DNA of 64,000 nt from Malacoraja senta (lineage: Eukaryota), in NCBI GenBank assembly GCA_038087875.1, contig CM075988.1, positions 24,430,001-24,494,000 on the forward strand. Reading direction: 5' to 3'. Each line of letters begins with the position of its first letter. Position 1 is the first letter of the stretch. Position numbers and translations under genes: made by a program. Shown here one piece after another: positions 63,380-64,000 of this stretch. The notes beneath the pieces are model-generated. The model was not told where the DNA came from. It saw only the letters and a program-made list of their open reading frames with translations, and made no database searches.

Positions 63380-64000
63380 TTACTCAGCGGGACAGGCAGC
63401 ATCTCTGGATAGCAGGAATGGGTGACGTTTAGGGTCGAGAGATCAAAGGGGACAAGGATAAAGGAAAATGTAGATCATTGTCAGGTGACAATGAGGCACA
63501 CAATCAGTAAAATGGTTCATCTTTGTTGTAAACCAGCCTCTGTAATTCCCTCCTACACATGTACAGTAGGCCCCTGAATTTGGTCAGAGCAGAGGCCTTC
63601 ACAAGATGATTAGTACCGGTATCAGGGGTTATGGGGTGAAAGCAGGAGAATGGGGTTGAGAGGGAAAGATAGATCAGCCATGATTGAATGGCGGAGTAGA
63701 CTTAATGGGCTGAATGGCCTAATTCTGCTCCTAGAACATGAATGAGTTGCCACCTATGTGTTGTTTGGGTCAAAATGATCAAAGTGAAAAGTAGGCTTTG
63801 GTACAAAGCTTTTGCCACTGTCTTTACTCATTGACTTCTTGACATTCTGTCTATGAAATGGATGATAAACCTAATCATTATTCAGTAACTTCTATCGGCA
63901 CCAGAATAATTCCATCACTGATTATTAACAAGACCCAAAATCTAGCTCACTGACCTGTATTGTTAGCTCTTCACATGATGCCCGACGAGCGGTGTGTTTG

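Overview
Repeat-rich vertebrate genomic DNA. The repeat families (HE1-type V-SINEs, HER1/CR1 LINEs with (TTTCTATG)n tails, a DeuSINE) point to a cartilaginous fish, probably a skate or ray; this assignment is an inference. Most of the window is transposon debris: Tc1 (DD34E), Gypsy LTR, CR1, L1, L2, Rex1, RTE/RTEX, Helitron, hAT and PIF/Harbinger MITEs. The dominant family is a Penelope-like element (PLE) terminal repeat, more than 30 copies by eye, carrying a minimal hammerhead-ribozyme motif (CTGAAGA-A-GGGT-CTCG-ACCC-GAAAC-GTC). It often occurs as fold-back insertions with 10-16 bp target-site duplications (TSDs). Two different Harbinger MITEs sit at the same trinucleotide of this repeat. 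Between the repeats I can assemble a phase-consistent 8-exon minus-strand chain (14421->3992) encoding an unrecognised Cys-rich, single-TM protein with a cytoplasmic YENM motif. There are further candidate exons on both strands and three promoter-like CpG-retaining patches (~26.1, ~28.5, ~34.65 kb). No host gene could be named with confidence.
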